Shown here in pieces: positions 1 to 9,476 of a stretch of DNA of 64,000 nt. Within the stretch, counting starts at the first letter, position 1, and each line of letters opens with the position of its first letter. The DNA is from Promethearchaeota archaeon. Its GTDB lineage: Archaea > Asgardarchaeota > Thorarchaeia > Thorarchaeales > Thorarchaeaceae. Location: the NCBI GenBank assembly GCA_048939765.1, contig JBHLPF010000002.1, positions 1 to 64,000 of the forward strand, in the 5' to 3' direction. A model generated the notes under the pieces. It worked only from the letters and a program-made list of their open reading frames with translations. It searched no databases and was not told the origin of the DNA. A program made the position numbers and the translations under genes.

Positions 1-2
1 CC

Positions 3-182
3 TTGATTGAACTTGATATATTTGAGAGCAGATCTGAGGCAATCGTCGCGATGGTTGAATCCGTGATTTCATCAAAACACAAGACGTTCCATTCTCTGAA
101 GTCACAGGCTGATGATTTGAAGCGTAGAAGGGAGGAAGCGAAGGAGCTGGCTTCTAGAGTGATCAATGGTGATGTTGAGTAG
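3..182 (+). CDS. 3' end of a hypothetical protein, truncated by the window edge (possible ribbon-helix-helix-like segment)
   Basis: Open frame from the edge to TAG at 180-182: LIELDIFESRSEAIVAMVE...RREEAKELASRVINGDVE; 'IFESRSEA' resembles the second helix of CopG/RHH proteins. Confidence 0.5.
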   Translation: MIELDIFESRSEAIVAMVESVISSKHKTFHSLKSQADDLKRRREEAKELASRVINGDVE

Positions 183-327
183 CAGGATGGGTGCCTTCAC
201 CATTGATATCCGTGGAAGTTCAACTGTGATTGTATGTGCTGAAGTTTAAAGGGAATCTCTTGCTAAGAAACAGAAACTGCTTTCAATACTAAGAACCAGT
301 CTAACAGTTGAGGCATAGAAAGGGAGG

Positions 328-352
328 GAAGAGGATGCCTGTCTGCCTCTTC
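328..352 (-). terminator. Putative terminator hairpin after ahcY
   Basis: gaagagg(328-334)/cctcttc(346-352) stem just past the stop, followed on the - strand by a pyrimidine tract. Confidence 0.35.
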
Positions 353-362
353 TATCCTTCGA

Positions 363-1622
363 CTATGTTCCTTCGGCATATGCTCTAGCGTATCGTTCTT
401 GCTCTTCAGTCCACATATCAATGGAGATTCCCATGGTTTCAAGCTTGGCTAATGCGGTTTCATTGTCAAGCTCTTTCGGGAATTCATACACCGCAGGCTT
501 GAGGTCTTTACCATTCTCTGTCATCCAAATCATCGCATTGAACTGACTAGCGAAGCTCAGGTCCATGACTTCCGAGGGGTGGCCTTCAGCAGCTGCGAGA
601 TTGACCAAGCGACCTTCACCAAGCAGGTATAGTCTGCGTCCATCTTTCAGCTCATATTCATCAAGAGCATGACGAACTCTCCTCTTGGAGCCTTTACTGA
701 GGGCAATAAGATCCGGTTCATTAATCTCAACATTGTAGTGCCCGGCGTTTCCGAACATTGCCCCGTCCTTCATGACCTCAAAGTGGTTTCTCGTTATGAT
801 ATCCTTCATACCAGTGGCAGTCAGAAACAAGTCCCCTTCAGATGCAGCATCATTCATCTTCATGACTCTGAAACCGTCCATTCGAGCCTGCAGTGCACGA
901 ACAGGGTCTACCTCAGTGACAATCACGTTTGCACCCAGCCCTCTTGCGCGTTCAGCCATACCACGGCCACAGTAACCATAGCCACCGATGACCACAGTTT
1001 TCCCGGCAATCAGTATAGCAGAAGCTCTCATGACCCCATCAAAAACACTCTGTCCTGTCCCGTATACATTATCGAACAAGTGCTTAGTATCCGCATCGTT
1101 GACAGCCATGATTGGATACTTCAGGGCACCGTCCTCGGCCATCGCACGTACTCGAATCACGCCGGTGGTGGTTTCCTCTGAACCCCCGTAGAGGTTTGGT
1201 ATTAGCTCCTGATGCTTGTTGTGAAGAGTGAAGATAAGGTCTGCGCCATCATCGAGTGTTAGCGTGGGCTCAGTCTTTAGTGTTTGTTCAATACACCAGT
1301 AGTACTCCTCGTTGTTCAGATTGTGCCAAGCATAGACTGGAACATCATTTGCAGCAAGTCCAGCAGCCACCTTGTCGTTGGTGGACAATGGATTGCATCC
1401 AGACCATGCGACTTCGGCCCCTGCTGCCCGAAGAGTTTCAACCAGTACGGCAGTCTCTTTGGTCACATGGAGACATCCAGCAATTCTCATCCCCTTCAGG
1501 GGCTTGCTCTCAGAGTATTTCTTCCTGAGATGCATCAATACAGGCATGTGCTTCTCAGCGTACTCGATCAACATCCTACCTTCTTCGGCAAGACCAATAT
1601 CCTTGACCTTATAGTCAGTCAT
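363..1622 (-). CDS. ahcY: Adenosylhomocysteinase (SAH hydrolase)
   Basis: Motifs GCLHVTKET, CNPLST, DDGADL, EETTTG, KHLFDN.YGTGQS, GYGYCGRG, GRLVNLAAAEGHPSEVMD. Confidence 0.97.
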   Translation of the reverse strand: MTDYKVKDIGLAEEGRMLIEYAEKHMPVLMHLRKKYSESKPLKGMRIAGCLHVTKETAVLVETLRAAGAEVAWSGCNPLSTNDKVAAGLAANDVPVYAWHNLNNEEYYWCIEQTLKTEPTLTLDDGADLIFTLHNKHQELIPNLYGGSEETTTGVIRVRAMAEDGALKYPIMAVNDADTKHLFDNVYGTGQSVFDGVMRASAILIAGKTVVIGGYGYCGRGMAERARGLGANVIVTEVDPVRALQARMDGFRVMKMNDAASEGDLFLTATGMKDIITRNHFEVMKDGAMFGNAGHYNVEINEPDLIALSKGSKRRVRHALDEYELKDGRRLYLLGEGRLVNLAAAEGHPSEVMDLSFASQFNAMIWMTENGKDLKPAVYEFPKELDNETALAKLETMGISIDMWTEEQERYARAYAEGT

Positions 1623-1671
1623 CTAAATCACAGGTGGATGCGGAGAGGAGGACATATATGAATCCATCATA

Positions 1672-2649
1672 TTGGCAAGGAATAGATTGCACATAATCGA
1701 GGCATTGGAAGTGCAAAACATTACAGAGAGTGAGCAGAAAGTCCTATGTGAACTGATGCGAAACTCAAGATCAAGCCTTGCCGCCTTGAGTGAAAGGATT
1801 AGCAAGAGTAGAAACTGGGTTGCTCGAACCATCAAGAAGCTCGTACGCAATCGTGTCATCCTGGCATATGTGACTGTGTTTGATCCTGCCCAGGTCTATG
1901 CAGAACGCAATACAATACTCCTCTTGAAGACCAATCCACGAGAGCTTGATGTAAGTGCAGGCCTTCTTGATATGCCAGAGCTCGAGTCCTTGGATGGAAT
2001 CTCTGGCGACCATTCCCTCCTTGGCCTATTTCGATTCCGGGGATCCGGTTCTTTTGTCCAATTCCTTGACAATGTTGACCATGTTGTTGCAAAGGCCAAA
2101 GCCGACAAATACCAGCTAGTGCAAGTCCTCACAACTTACAAGACTCATGGGTATATATTGACCAGTCGACCCGTGCAACCAAAACTTGTGTCATCGAAAG
2201 ACTGGGACCTGTTGCGCATAATCTACCGCCAGGCTCCCACTAGGGATAATCCGTTTCCTCTCTCCCAGAGTGAGATTGGCGACAGGATGAGACCGTGTCT
2301 AAGTCAACCCGCAGTTTCCAAGGCAATAAGACGATTGGAAGAACGGGAAGCTATAGTTGGCTACTCAGCCGATATCAAATTCACAGACATTGGCTTGCCA
2401 ATCAAGTTCTTTCTTCAGATTAAGCCAACTCCTGGCACGATTGCCCAGACAGCTCAGAAAGTGAGCATGATGAATGAAGTCTGGGACCTCCATCGAACCA
2501 GCGAAGATTATAGCCTGTTTGCCACGGTCCGAACAGACAGTGTTGAAGGATATAATCAGTTCCTAAGAAGGCTCTACATGAATGAAGCCATTCTTGATAC
2601 TCAATCCCAAATCTCGCTGGAGGAGTGGTTTGTACCTGTTCGGTCATAG
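1672..2649 (+). CDS. Lrp/AsnC-family regulator with two tandem HTH+RAM repeats
   Basis: N-terminal HTH plus ligand domain (ISGDHSLL), then a second HTH (SQSEIGDRM..LSQPAVSKAIRRLEE) plus ligand domain (RTSEDYSLF); divergent from ahcY; TTG start. Confidence 0.85.
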   Translation: MARNRLHIIEALEVQNITESEQKVLCELMRNSRSSLAALSERISKSRNWVARTIKKLVRNRVILAYVTVFDPAQVYAERNTILLLKTNPRELDVSAGLLDMPELESLDGISGDHSLLGLFRFRGSGSFVQFLDNVDHVVAKAKADKYQLVQVLTTYKTHGYILTSRPVQPKLVSSKDWDLLRIIYRQAPTRDNPFPLSQSEIGDRMRPCLSQPAVSKAIRRLEEREAIVGYSADIKFTDIGLPIKFFLQIKPTPGTIAQTAQKVSMMNEVWDLHRTSEDYSLFATVRTDSVEGYNQFLRRLYMNEAILDTQSQISLEEWFVPVRS

Positions 2650-3224
2650 TCCTCCCCCGAAGTGCTGTATCCGAGCCAGATTTCATCCCAGAGATTTTTG
2701 TTGATGTTTGTAAAGAGTATGAGAACTCCTAGGACCCCCATGATGACTGAGAAGAGCATGTTTGCTCTCGAGAATCCTAGAACAACACTGCCTTCTCCAA
2801 AGAAGAGTACTACTGCGCCCACAATCTCGTTGGGTGGAACCCACGGCCATAATGTTGGATTATACGGATGCATAGGAATGTCAACCAATACATGAAACAG
2901 TGCACCCAGCATGCAAGAAACTACCAAGGCAGGAGTGACTCGACAGGCTTCTCTCAACTCTCTTCGGTCCACCCCAAAGATTGTAGAGATGACTGGAGGA
3001 TAGATGAACCGTGTAACTACTACTGCGAGAAGAGTACATACCGTAAAAACACCAAGCAGGCTGTGAAAGAGCAGATGATCTGATACCCCTGGAAATAGAA
3101 CCCACATGAGAGGCACTTCGATATCAGGGATGAATGATCCTACCAAAAGCCCTGGCAATGAGAGCCGCTTGTTAGTCTTGGAGAGAATGTATCCTGCAGG
3201 ATAATGTAATGGCGTAACGGGCAT
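2601..3224 (-). CDS. DUF4184-like membrane-bound metal-dependent hydrolase
   Basis: MPxTPxH, GSFIPDIE, HSLLG, HVLVDIPMH motifs with hydrophobic helices; start moved to the MPVTPLH ATG. Confidence 0.7.
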   Translation of the reverse strand: MPVTPLHYPAGYILSKTNKRLSLPGLLVGSFIPDIEVPLMWVLFPGVSDHLLFHSLLGVFTVCTLLAVVVTRFIYPPVISTIFGVDRRELREACRVTPALVVSCMLGALFHVLVDIPMHPYNPTLWPWVPPNEIVGAVVLFFGEGSVVLGFSRANMLFSVIMGVLGVLILFTNINKNLWDEIWLGYSTSGEDYDRTGTNHSSSEIWD

Positions 3225-3307
3225 CTGCATCCTGAACCGCCTATCAGCCACGCCTTTTCAATATGCTTAAAGACCAAGCGATGTACTCCCGCTCTAGGGT
3301 GCATCTA

Positions 3308-3838
3308 ATGGGACTCTATGAGTTTGAAGGCAAGACACCATCAGTCGATGAACGAGCATATGTATCTCCACGTGCCTCAGTGATAGGCAATGTTGAGATA
3401 GCTGAGGACTGCAGCATATGGGAGTCTGCAGTTATTCGAGGAGACTTCAACAAAGCCAAGATTGGGAAGGGGACGTCTATTCAGGACAACTGCTCAGTTC
3501 ATGTCACTCCCTTCAATCCCACCACAATTGGAGAGTATGTGACAGTCGGGCACAACAGCGTTATCCATGCATGTGAGATTGGTGATCGAACAGCTATTGG
3601 AATGGGAGCGGTGGTGCTGACTGGTGCCAAAGTTGGAGCCGACTGTGTGATAGGCGCAGGGTCGGTCGTGACTGAGAATAAGGTGATCCCAGACAACAGC
3701 TTGGTTCTAGGAGTACCAGGGAAGGTAGTGAAGGAGGTCTCTGAGGGGATGAAAGAAGCCTTCATGATTGGAGCCGAGATGTATGTAGAGCTTGGTCGGC
3801 GGCACAAGAAAACAACAAAAGAAGCCAACAAGTCCTAA
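3308..3838 (+). CDS. Gamma-carbonic anhydrase family (YrdA/CaiE-like) hexapeptide protein
   Basis: VIGNV, IRGD, IQDNCSVH, TVGHNSVIH, LGVPGKVV. Confidence 0.92.
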   Translation: MGLYEFEGKTPSVDERAYVSPRASVIGNVEIAEDCSIWESAVIRGDFNKAKIGKGTSIQDNCSVHVTPFNPTTIGEYVTVGHNSVIHACEIGDRTAIGMGAVVLTGAKVGADCVIGAGSVVTENKVIPDNSLVLGVPGKVVKEVSEGMKEAFMIGAEMYVELGRRHKKTTKEANKS

Positions 3839-3878
3839 GGACCTGTTCTTCCCAAGACAGTTTAATGGAGACGGAAAA

Positions 3879-4643
3879 TTGCGAAGATTATCGGTCATTC
3901 TATTCACCTGTGCACTACTCGCCCTAGTCGTTGTCAGACCTGTCACAGCGCAATCAAATCTTGAACCAAATGTCCCACGAACAATGGAGCATCTTTGGAG
4001 TGAAGAGTCGGTGACTTATGTTGCTAGTCTGACTGCAGGTCACTGGACAGTCATTGTCACTTCGGAAGCCTTCTGGGGGCTCCAGGTCAGAATCGATGTG
4101 GCCACTAACAGTTCTTTTACTGACATCATAGCGGAGAATGGTCTGACCACTGGCAATTTTCCATCAATAGAGTTTGACCTATCATCAGATGCGACAGTCT
4201 ATATCCGGCTCGAGGAGAACTCCGTCTACGGTGACACATCTGGCTTCTACGACATTGGTATCTATGATGAAGGGCATGTCCTTGGAGCGAGATTTGGGTC
4301 ATTCCTCTCAGCTAATTGGATGATCCTGTTGTTCACGGTGCCTTTCATATTCATCATCTTTCCGTGTATATTTGCAGCAAGACGCGGCAGAGGCCCTGGA
4401 GCTCAGCAATACTACCGTCGGCGAAGGTCGTTTACCATGAGTGCGCCTCCCTTTGCCATTCCTGATGAACACCGTGGACGTACAAGAGCTGATGGGAGTG
4501 ACCTCACAACGGTCCGTGTGCCAAATACGTGTCCAAACTGCAATGCAGTGCTGGCGCAGAGCACACTGGAGTGGACAGGGCCACTTGAGGCTAGATGTAG
4601 CTATTGTGGTGCCACGGTCCGAGCTACCTTTGAGAGAGTATAG
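3879..4643 (+). CDS. Single-pass membrane protein with an extracellular domain and a C-terminal zinc ribbon
   Basis: Signal-like N-terminus, TM (WMILLFTVPFIFIIFPCIF), Arg-rich juxtamembrane segment, CPNC...CSYCG; TTG start at 3879 after GGAG. Confidence 0.65.
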   Translation: MRRLSVILFTCALLALVVVRPVTAQSNLEPNVPRTMEHLWSEESVTYVASLTAGHWTVIVTSEAFWGLQVRIDVATNSSFTDIIAENGLTTGNFPSIEFDLSSDATVYIRLEENSVYGDTSGFYDIGIYDEGHVLGARFGSFLSANWMILLFTVPFIFIIFPCIFAARRGRGPGAQQYYRRRRSFTMSAPPFAIPDEHRGRTRADGSDLTTVRVPNTCPNCNAVLAQSTLEWTGPLEARCSYCGATVRATFERV

Positions 4644-4705
4644 CCTTCGCTTCAATTGACAGAAAGAAAGATACGTGGGCATCACATTGGACACCATTTG
4701 TCAGA

Positions 4706-5998
4706 GTGATGCAAATGGTGTATACAGGCGGGACTCCAAAGGAGCAAATCATCAAAGACTTTGCAGCACACGTGTCATCAGGAAAGGCTGACTTCTATGG
4801 CATGGTTGATTTGAACTTCATTCTTGGCAAAAGGGAAGGGCCCTGGATGTGGGACGTAGATGGCACGAAGAAGATCATCAACTGTCATTGCAACGGTGGG
4901 GTCTTCAATCTAGGGCATCGTCACCCTGAGATTCTCAGAGTCATGAGAGCGGCTCTAGAAGAACTGGATATTGGGAATCACCATCTAATGAGTGAACAGC
5001 GTGCGATGCTGGGAAAGAAGCTCGCTGAACACACTCCACAAGAGATTACCAGGACCGTCTTTGGTGTGGGCGGTGGCGAAGCGATTGACTTCGCTTTAAA
5101 GCTGGCTAGAGGACATTCCAAGAAGCACAAGATCGTCTATGCAACATCCGCATATCACGGGCATACAGGACTTGCTCTAGCAGCAGGAGATACTCATTTC
5201 AAGGCACCATTCGAGCCTCTCGCTCCTGGATTTGTGGATGTTCCATTTGGAGATGCAGATGCTGTCGCTAAAGCCATAGACGGTGAAACAGCTGCGGTCC
5301 TGTTCGAAACCATTCCAGCCACTCTCGGAATGCCCCTTCCGCCAGACGACTTCTACAGGAGGATTCGGGAGATTTGCGATGAAAAGGATGTGTTGCTGAT
5401 CCTGGATGAGATTCAGACCGGCCTCGGTCGGACCGGCAAGTTGTGGGGCTTCGAACACTATGATGTTGTTCCGGACATTTTTGCGATAGGAAAAGGACTG
5501 GCTGGAGGGGTCTACCCCATAACGGCTACCTGCTATAGAGAAGATTTGGATTCATTCATGAACGAACATCCTTTCATCCATGTTTCGACATTCGGAGGGG
5601 CTGAGGTAGGCTGTCCTGTGGCAGCCAAAGTGCTTGATATCACATCAGAGGCAAAATTCCTCGATAATGTCAATCGAGTGAGCGATAGATTAGTTTCCGG
5701 TCTAGAATCCGTCAAGGAGCGATACTCGGAGATTCTTGTTGAGATTAGACGAAAGGGTCTGTTCATGGGGCTCAAGATGAGTGATATCGGGTATGGTCCA
5801 CTGATGAGTATCGCAGGCTACAACTGTGGGGTATTTGCTGTTTATGCTGACAATGATCGCTCAGTCCTTCAGTTTCTCCCGCCCTTAATAATAGGGAACG
5901 AGGAAGTGGAGTACATCATTGATGCAATGGACAAGGCCTATGCATATGCAAAAGAACGTCCCAACTACTTAGAGTTGGCTAGGAACTTAGCAATGTAG
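4706..5998 (+). CDS. Class III PLP aminotransferase (putrescine/acetylornithine type)
   Basis: NLGHRHP, GGGEAIDFALK, YHGHT, LILDEIQTGLGRTG, GKGLAGG, STFGG. Confidence 0.9.
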   Translation: MMQMVYTGGTPKEQIIKDFAAHVSSGKADFYGMVDLNFILGKREGPWMWDVDGTKKIINCHCNGGVFNLGHRHPEILRVMRAALEELDIGNHHLMSEQRAMLGKKLAEHTPQEITRTVFGVGGGEAIDFALKLARGHSKKHKIVYATSAYHGHTGLALAAGDTHFKAPFEPLAPGFVDVPFGDADAVAKAIDGETAAVLFETIPATLGMPLPPDDFYRRIREICDEKDVLLILDEIQTGLGRTGKLWGFEHYDVVPDIFAIGKGLAGGVYPITATCYREDLDSFMNEHPFIHVSTFGGAEVGCPVAAKVLDITSEAKFLDNVNRVSDRLVSGLESVKERYSEILVEIRRKGLFMGLKMSDIGYGPLMSIAGYNCGVFAVYADNDRSVLQFLPPLIIGNEEVEYIIDAMDKAYAYAKERPNYLELARNLAM

Positions 5999-6002
5999 GA
6001 GG

Positions 6003-6983
6003 ATGATGGAGATGACAATAGAGATTGATCTGGCTCTTTTGAAAGAGTTTGAAGAAGAGCTGAATCCAGCCAAGCCTGAAGAATCACCTATACCGGCTGG
6101 AGTCCTCGGTTATGGAGAGATTAGCACGGTCTTTGAGATTCATCATGAGTCTCAATCAGACATTGCATTCAAGCGAATGCCACTGTTTGATACTCATGAG
6201 CAGATTGAGCAGTACTCAGACGTCTACTTCAGATACCATGAACGACTAAAGGAGATTGGGATCGAGTTGCCTGAATTCGGTGCATCTTCTATATCGACCG
6301 ACGACAAGAGGTTGGTGTTATATCTCTGGCAGCGGAAGCTGCCTGCAGAGTCAATAGGTGACAAGATAATCCAGACTGCGTCTGAGGAGGAGATCAAGGC
6401 TTTAGTCAAGACCATTCTACGTCAGCTCCTCAAGGTTTGGGAGTTCAATGAGAAACAGAAACCGGTAGTCGAGGTGGCAATTGATGGTCAGGTTTCCAAC
6501 TGGGCAGTAAAAGACACTGCTGCTATCGTGCAGGGAATACGGGAAGGAGTCGAATTGATCTATCTCGACACTAGTACGCCCCTCTTCAGAGAGAATGGGA
6601 TTGAGCAACTGGACGTGGAGCTCTTCCTCCGACCAACACCGCCTGGGGCTCGATATATTCTCAAGAAGTTCTACCTTGATGACATTGTCAACAGATACTA
6701 CGACTTCCGAAAGGTGATTATCGACCTAGTTGCAAACTTCTTCAAGGAGCAGAAACCGGAGCTTGTACCTGTACTCATAGAAGTTGCAAATGACTTCATA
6801 TCTTCCGAAGCCGGCGCTCTCGCCATTGATCCCATCAACTATGAAGAGGTGGAAGACTACTACAAGGATGATGCATCAACTTGGAAGCTCTACCTTCGAA
6901 TGCGAAGATTACATCGTTTCATTCGCACAAAAATACTCAGACGGTACTATGCCTATATCCTCCCTGGCGAGATTCAGAGATGA
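6003..6983 (+). CDS. DUF6206-like protein with protein-kinase-like motifs
   Basis: LGYGEISTV (Gly loop), AFKR (VAIK-like Lys), DGQVSN (DxxxxN), YLDT (DFG-like Asp). Confidence 0.6.
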   Translation: MMEMTIEIDLALLKEFEEELNPAKPEESPIPAGVLGYGEISTVFEIHHESQSDIAFKRMPLFDTHEQIEQYSDVYFRYHERLKEIGIELPEFGASSISTDDKRLVLYLWQRKLPAESIGDKIIQTASEEEIKALVKTILRQLLKVWEFNEKQKPVVEVAIDGQVSNWAVKDTAAIVQGIREGVELIYLDTSTPLFRENGIEQLDVELFLRPTPPGARYILKKFYLDDIVNRYYDFRKVIIDLVANFFKEQKPELVPVLIEVANDFISSEAGALAIDPINYEEVEDYYKDDASTWKLYLRMRRLHRFIRTKILRRYYAYILPGEIQR

Positions 6984-6992
6984 CGATTACAG

Positions 6993-7616
6993 CTAGAATA
7001 CCTTGAGCAGCTTATAGCCTTGGAACACGGAATAAAGCACAAGCGAATAGACTGCGACCTTCTGCATTGCTGCATTGCCAAATCCAGGAATAAGCACATG
7101 TGTGTAGCAGATGATTGCAACGATTATTCCAACGAGAGCATAGACATTCTCATAGTCCTTGTTGAGAAGAATCGCTATTGAGAAGATGATGATTGCTGAG
7201 GAAAAGAGCAGAAAGAAGTAGATCGTTGAGAAGCCATGCTGTGCAGGAAACACATCCGCAGCGAAAATGCCTACGCCCGCCAGTAATGGGCCTGCAACTA
7301 AGCCTAGAATCGTTCCTACACCAGTCAATGCCTTCAACGGGGTTGTTTCGGTGAAAAGCGTTCTAATCGTTAGCCAGAACGGCATTGAGAGTGCGCCTGC
7401 CAAGGTCGTAGCTGTGGCAAACATAAACCAGTTCATAGGTGTCGGATAGCCGCGTGTGACTAGCAGTCCTAAGGCGCTGAAGGGTATTTCCATGAAAGAG
7501 TATCCTTCGGGATAGAACACCATCAGAATGAATGTGATGATGACGAACTGAATTCCCGCAAGGATTCCACACCAAGCTCCGATTCTCTTCCAGTTCACGA
7601 CCATCATCTTCCTCAT
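6993..7616 (-). CDS. DUF998-like integral membrane protein
   Basis: About six TM helices; YPEGYSF...SALG, GVGIF...H pattern. Confidence 0.65.
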   Translation of the reverse strand: MRKMMVVNWKRIGAWCGILAGIQFVIITFILMVFYPEGYSFMEIPFSALGLLVTRGYPTPMNWFMFATATTLAGALSMPFWLTIRTLFTETTPLKALTGVGTILGLVAGPLLAGVGIFAADVFPAQHGFSTIYFFLLFSSAIIIFSIAILLNKDYENVYALVGIIVAIICYTHVLIPGFGNAAMQKVAVYSLVLYSVFQGYKLLKVF

Positions 7617-9367
7617 TTGCCGCTGCGTTTCTTGATTTCCTCTTCCCTCAGTACTCGGCGCAAGACTTTCCCTACGTTGCTAAGGGGTAGCGAGTCGACA
7701 ATGTCTACCTCCTTAGGTCTCTTGTACCCCGCCATCTTCTCCCTTGCCCATTCGATGAACTCCTTCTCTGTGGCAGATTCTCCTTCTTTTAGCACGATGT
7801 ACGCCTTCACAAACTCATTACTTGGATCATCATCTCTTGGAATCCCAACTGCGGCAGCCAATTGCACCTTTGGATGCGTGAACAAGATGTCCTCTATCTC
7901 TCTCGGGTATGCTTTCAGGCCTCCGACATTGATCATCTGCTTCTTCCTGTCACTGATGAAGGTGTATCCCTCTTCATCCATGCGCCCTACGTCTCCAGTC
8001 AGGAAGAAACGCTTGCCATTGATGTTGCGCATCACGTTATCTGTTTCTTCGGGTTTCTGCCAATATCCTTTCATAACCTGCGGACCATGAATCGCTATCT
8101 CACCAGTTTCGCCAATGGGCATCTCCTTTGTTCCTGTTTCAATGTCAACAATCTTGCATATCGTGTCCGAAATGGGAAGACCAATTGAGCCAAACCTGCG
8201 GTTCCGTGAGTTAAACGGGTTCATGTGGGTCACTGGGGATGTTTCAGTCAGACCATAGCCCTCGAAAAGAAGTGCTCCAGTCACTGCTTCGAACGCATTG
8301 GCCAGCTCAGGCGGTAATGGTGCAGCTCCAGAGCTGCATATCCTTACATTGGTCAAGTCGTACTTGTCCACTTCGGGATGGGTAGCAATGCCTGCATATA
8401 GGGCTGGCACACAATTCAATGAAGTTCCTTTGCTCTTCTCCAAGTCATTGAGCAAGTCTGATAGAGGGGGTTTACCTGCTCTAGGATCTGGGATACACAC
8501 GAGTTGGCCTGCGTTCCATACTGCCAACAATAGAGTTGTAGTAAGTCCGTAGCTGTGATACCATGGAACTGCTCCAACAAAGACCTCCTCCTCGTATCTG
8601 ATTCCTGCCGCAAGCTCAACATCCGGAGGCTCAAGATAGACCCACTCACAGATTTGTAGAATATTCGATACCAAGTTGGCATGAGTTAGCTCAGCTCCCT
8701 TCGGAGTTCCCGTGGTCCCTCCCGTATAGATGAGAACTGCAGTATCCTCGGGGTCCACGTCTGTTTGAGGTGACTTAGGTTCATATTCAGCAATAATGTC
8801 ATCGTAGAAGAAAGTCTTGTCCTCTTCATAGTACCCGCTCTTTGGAATCTTACCCGTAAGACCTCCTAGGAATGCCTTGACAGTTGGTATGAATGACTTG
8901 AGACTGCAGACCACTACTGTTTCAATATCTGTACCCTTGATAGCCTCATAGCAAGTCGGAGTGAAAGTTGGGTGGTCCAGCACAAAGACAGCTACAGCTG
9001 CCGTGTCCGCGAGTTGATAGTTCAGCTCTCCTGCTTTATACATGGGGTTGCAGGTCACAACCTTCGCTCCTGCTTTCAGTGCTCCAAAAAACACCGATGG
9101 AAAGTGCGGTACGTTAGGCAGGAAAACCGCTACTCGATCACCCGGTTTGATTCCTTGAGTAGATAGGAAGTTTGCTATCCTATCAGCATGATCTCGAACC
9201 TCAGCAAAGGATCTTGTCTTTCCCATAAACCATGTAAAGGGGTGATCTCCGCTTTTCTCAGCAGTCCTGTCAAGCATGGTATACAGTGGTTCCTTTGGAT
9301 ATTCCAATGTCGTTCTTGCAGTAGGTGGCCACCTTGGACCTTTCTGCCAATACAGTTCTTTCATCAC
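7613..9367 (-). CDS. Long-chain-fatty-acid/acyl-CoA ligase (AMP-forming)
   Basis: YTGGTTGTPKG, EGYGLTETSP, TGD, DRKK..INVGG, SNVGK. Confidence 0.93.
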   Translation of the reverse strand: MMKELYWQKGPRWPPTARTTLEYPKEPLYTMLDRTAEKSGDHPFTWFMGKTRSFAEVRDHADRIANFLSTQGIKPGDRVAVFLPNVPHFPSVFFGALKAGAKVVTCNPMYKAGELNYQLADTAAVAVFVLDHPTFTPTCYEAIKGTDIETVVVCSLKSFIPTVKAFLGGLTGKIPKSGYYEEDKTFFYDDIIAEYEPKSPQTDVDPEDTAVLIYTGGTTGTPKGAELTHANLVSNILQICEWVYLEPPDVELAAGIRYEEEVFVGAVPWYHSYGLTTTLLLAVWNAGQLVCIPDPRAGKPPLSDLLNDLEKSKGTSLNCVPALYAGIATHPEVDKYDLTNVRICSSGAAPLPPELANAFEAVTGALLFEGYGLTETSPVTHMNPFNSRNRRFGSIGLPISDTICKIVDIETGTKEMPIGETGEIAIHGPQVMKGYWQKPEETDNVMRNINGKRFFLTGDVGRMDEEGYTFISDRKKQMINVGGLKAYPREIEDILFTHPKVQLAAAVGIPRDDDPSNEFVKAYIVLKEGESATEKEFIEWAREKMAGYKRPKEVDIVDSLPLSNVGKVLRRVLREEEIKKRSGK

Positions 9368-9450
9368 TCATCTGCTCCTAAGTCAATACTACAGACTATC
9401 TGTTCGCTATTGCATTGCCTACTCATATTTCTTCGGGAAAAATAGGAAAC

Positions 9451-9467
9451 AGGGGGAAAATCCCCCT
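9451..9467 (-). terminator. Hairpin between the two ligase genes
   Basis: aggggga/tccccct stem, followed on the - strand by gtttcctattttt. Confidence 0.55.
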
Positions 9468-9476
9468 ATTGATGTT

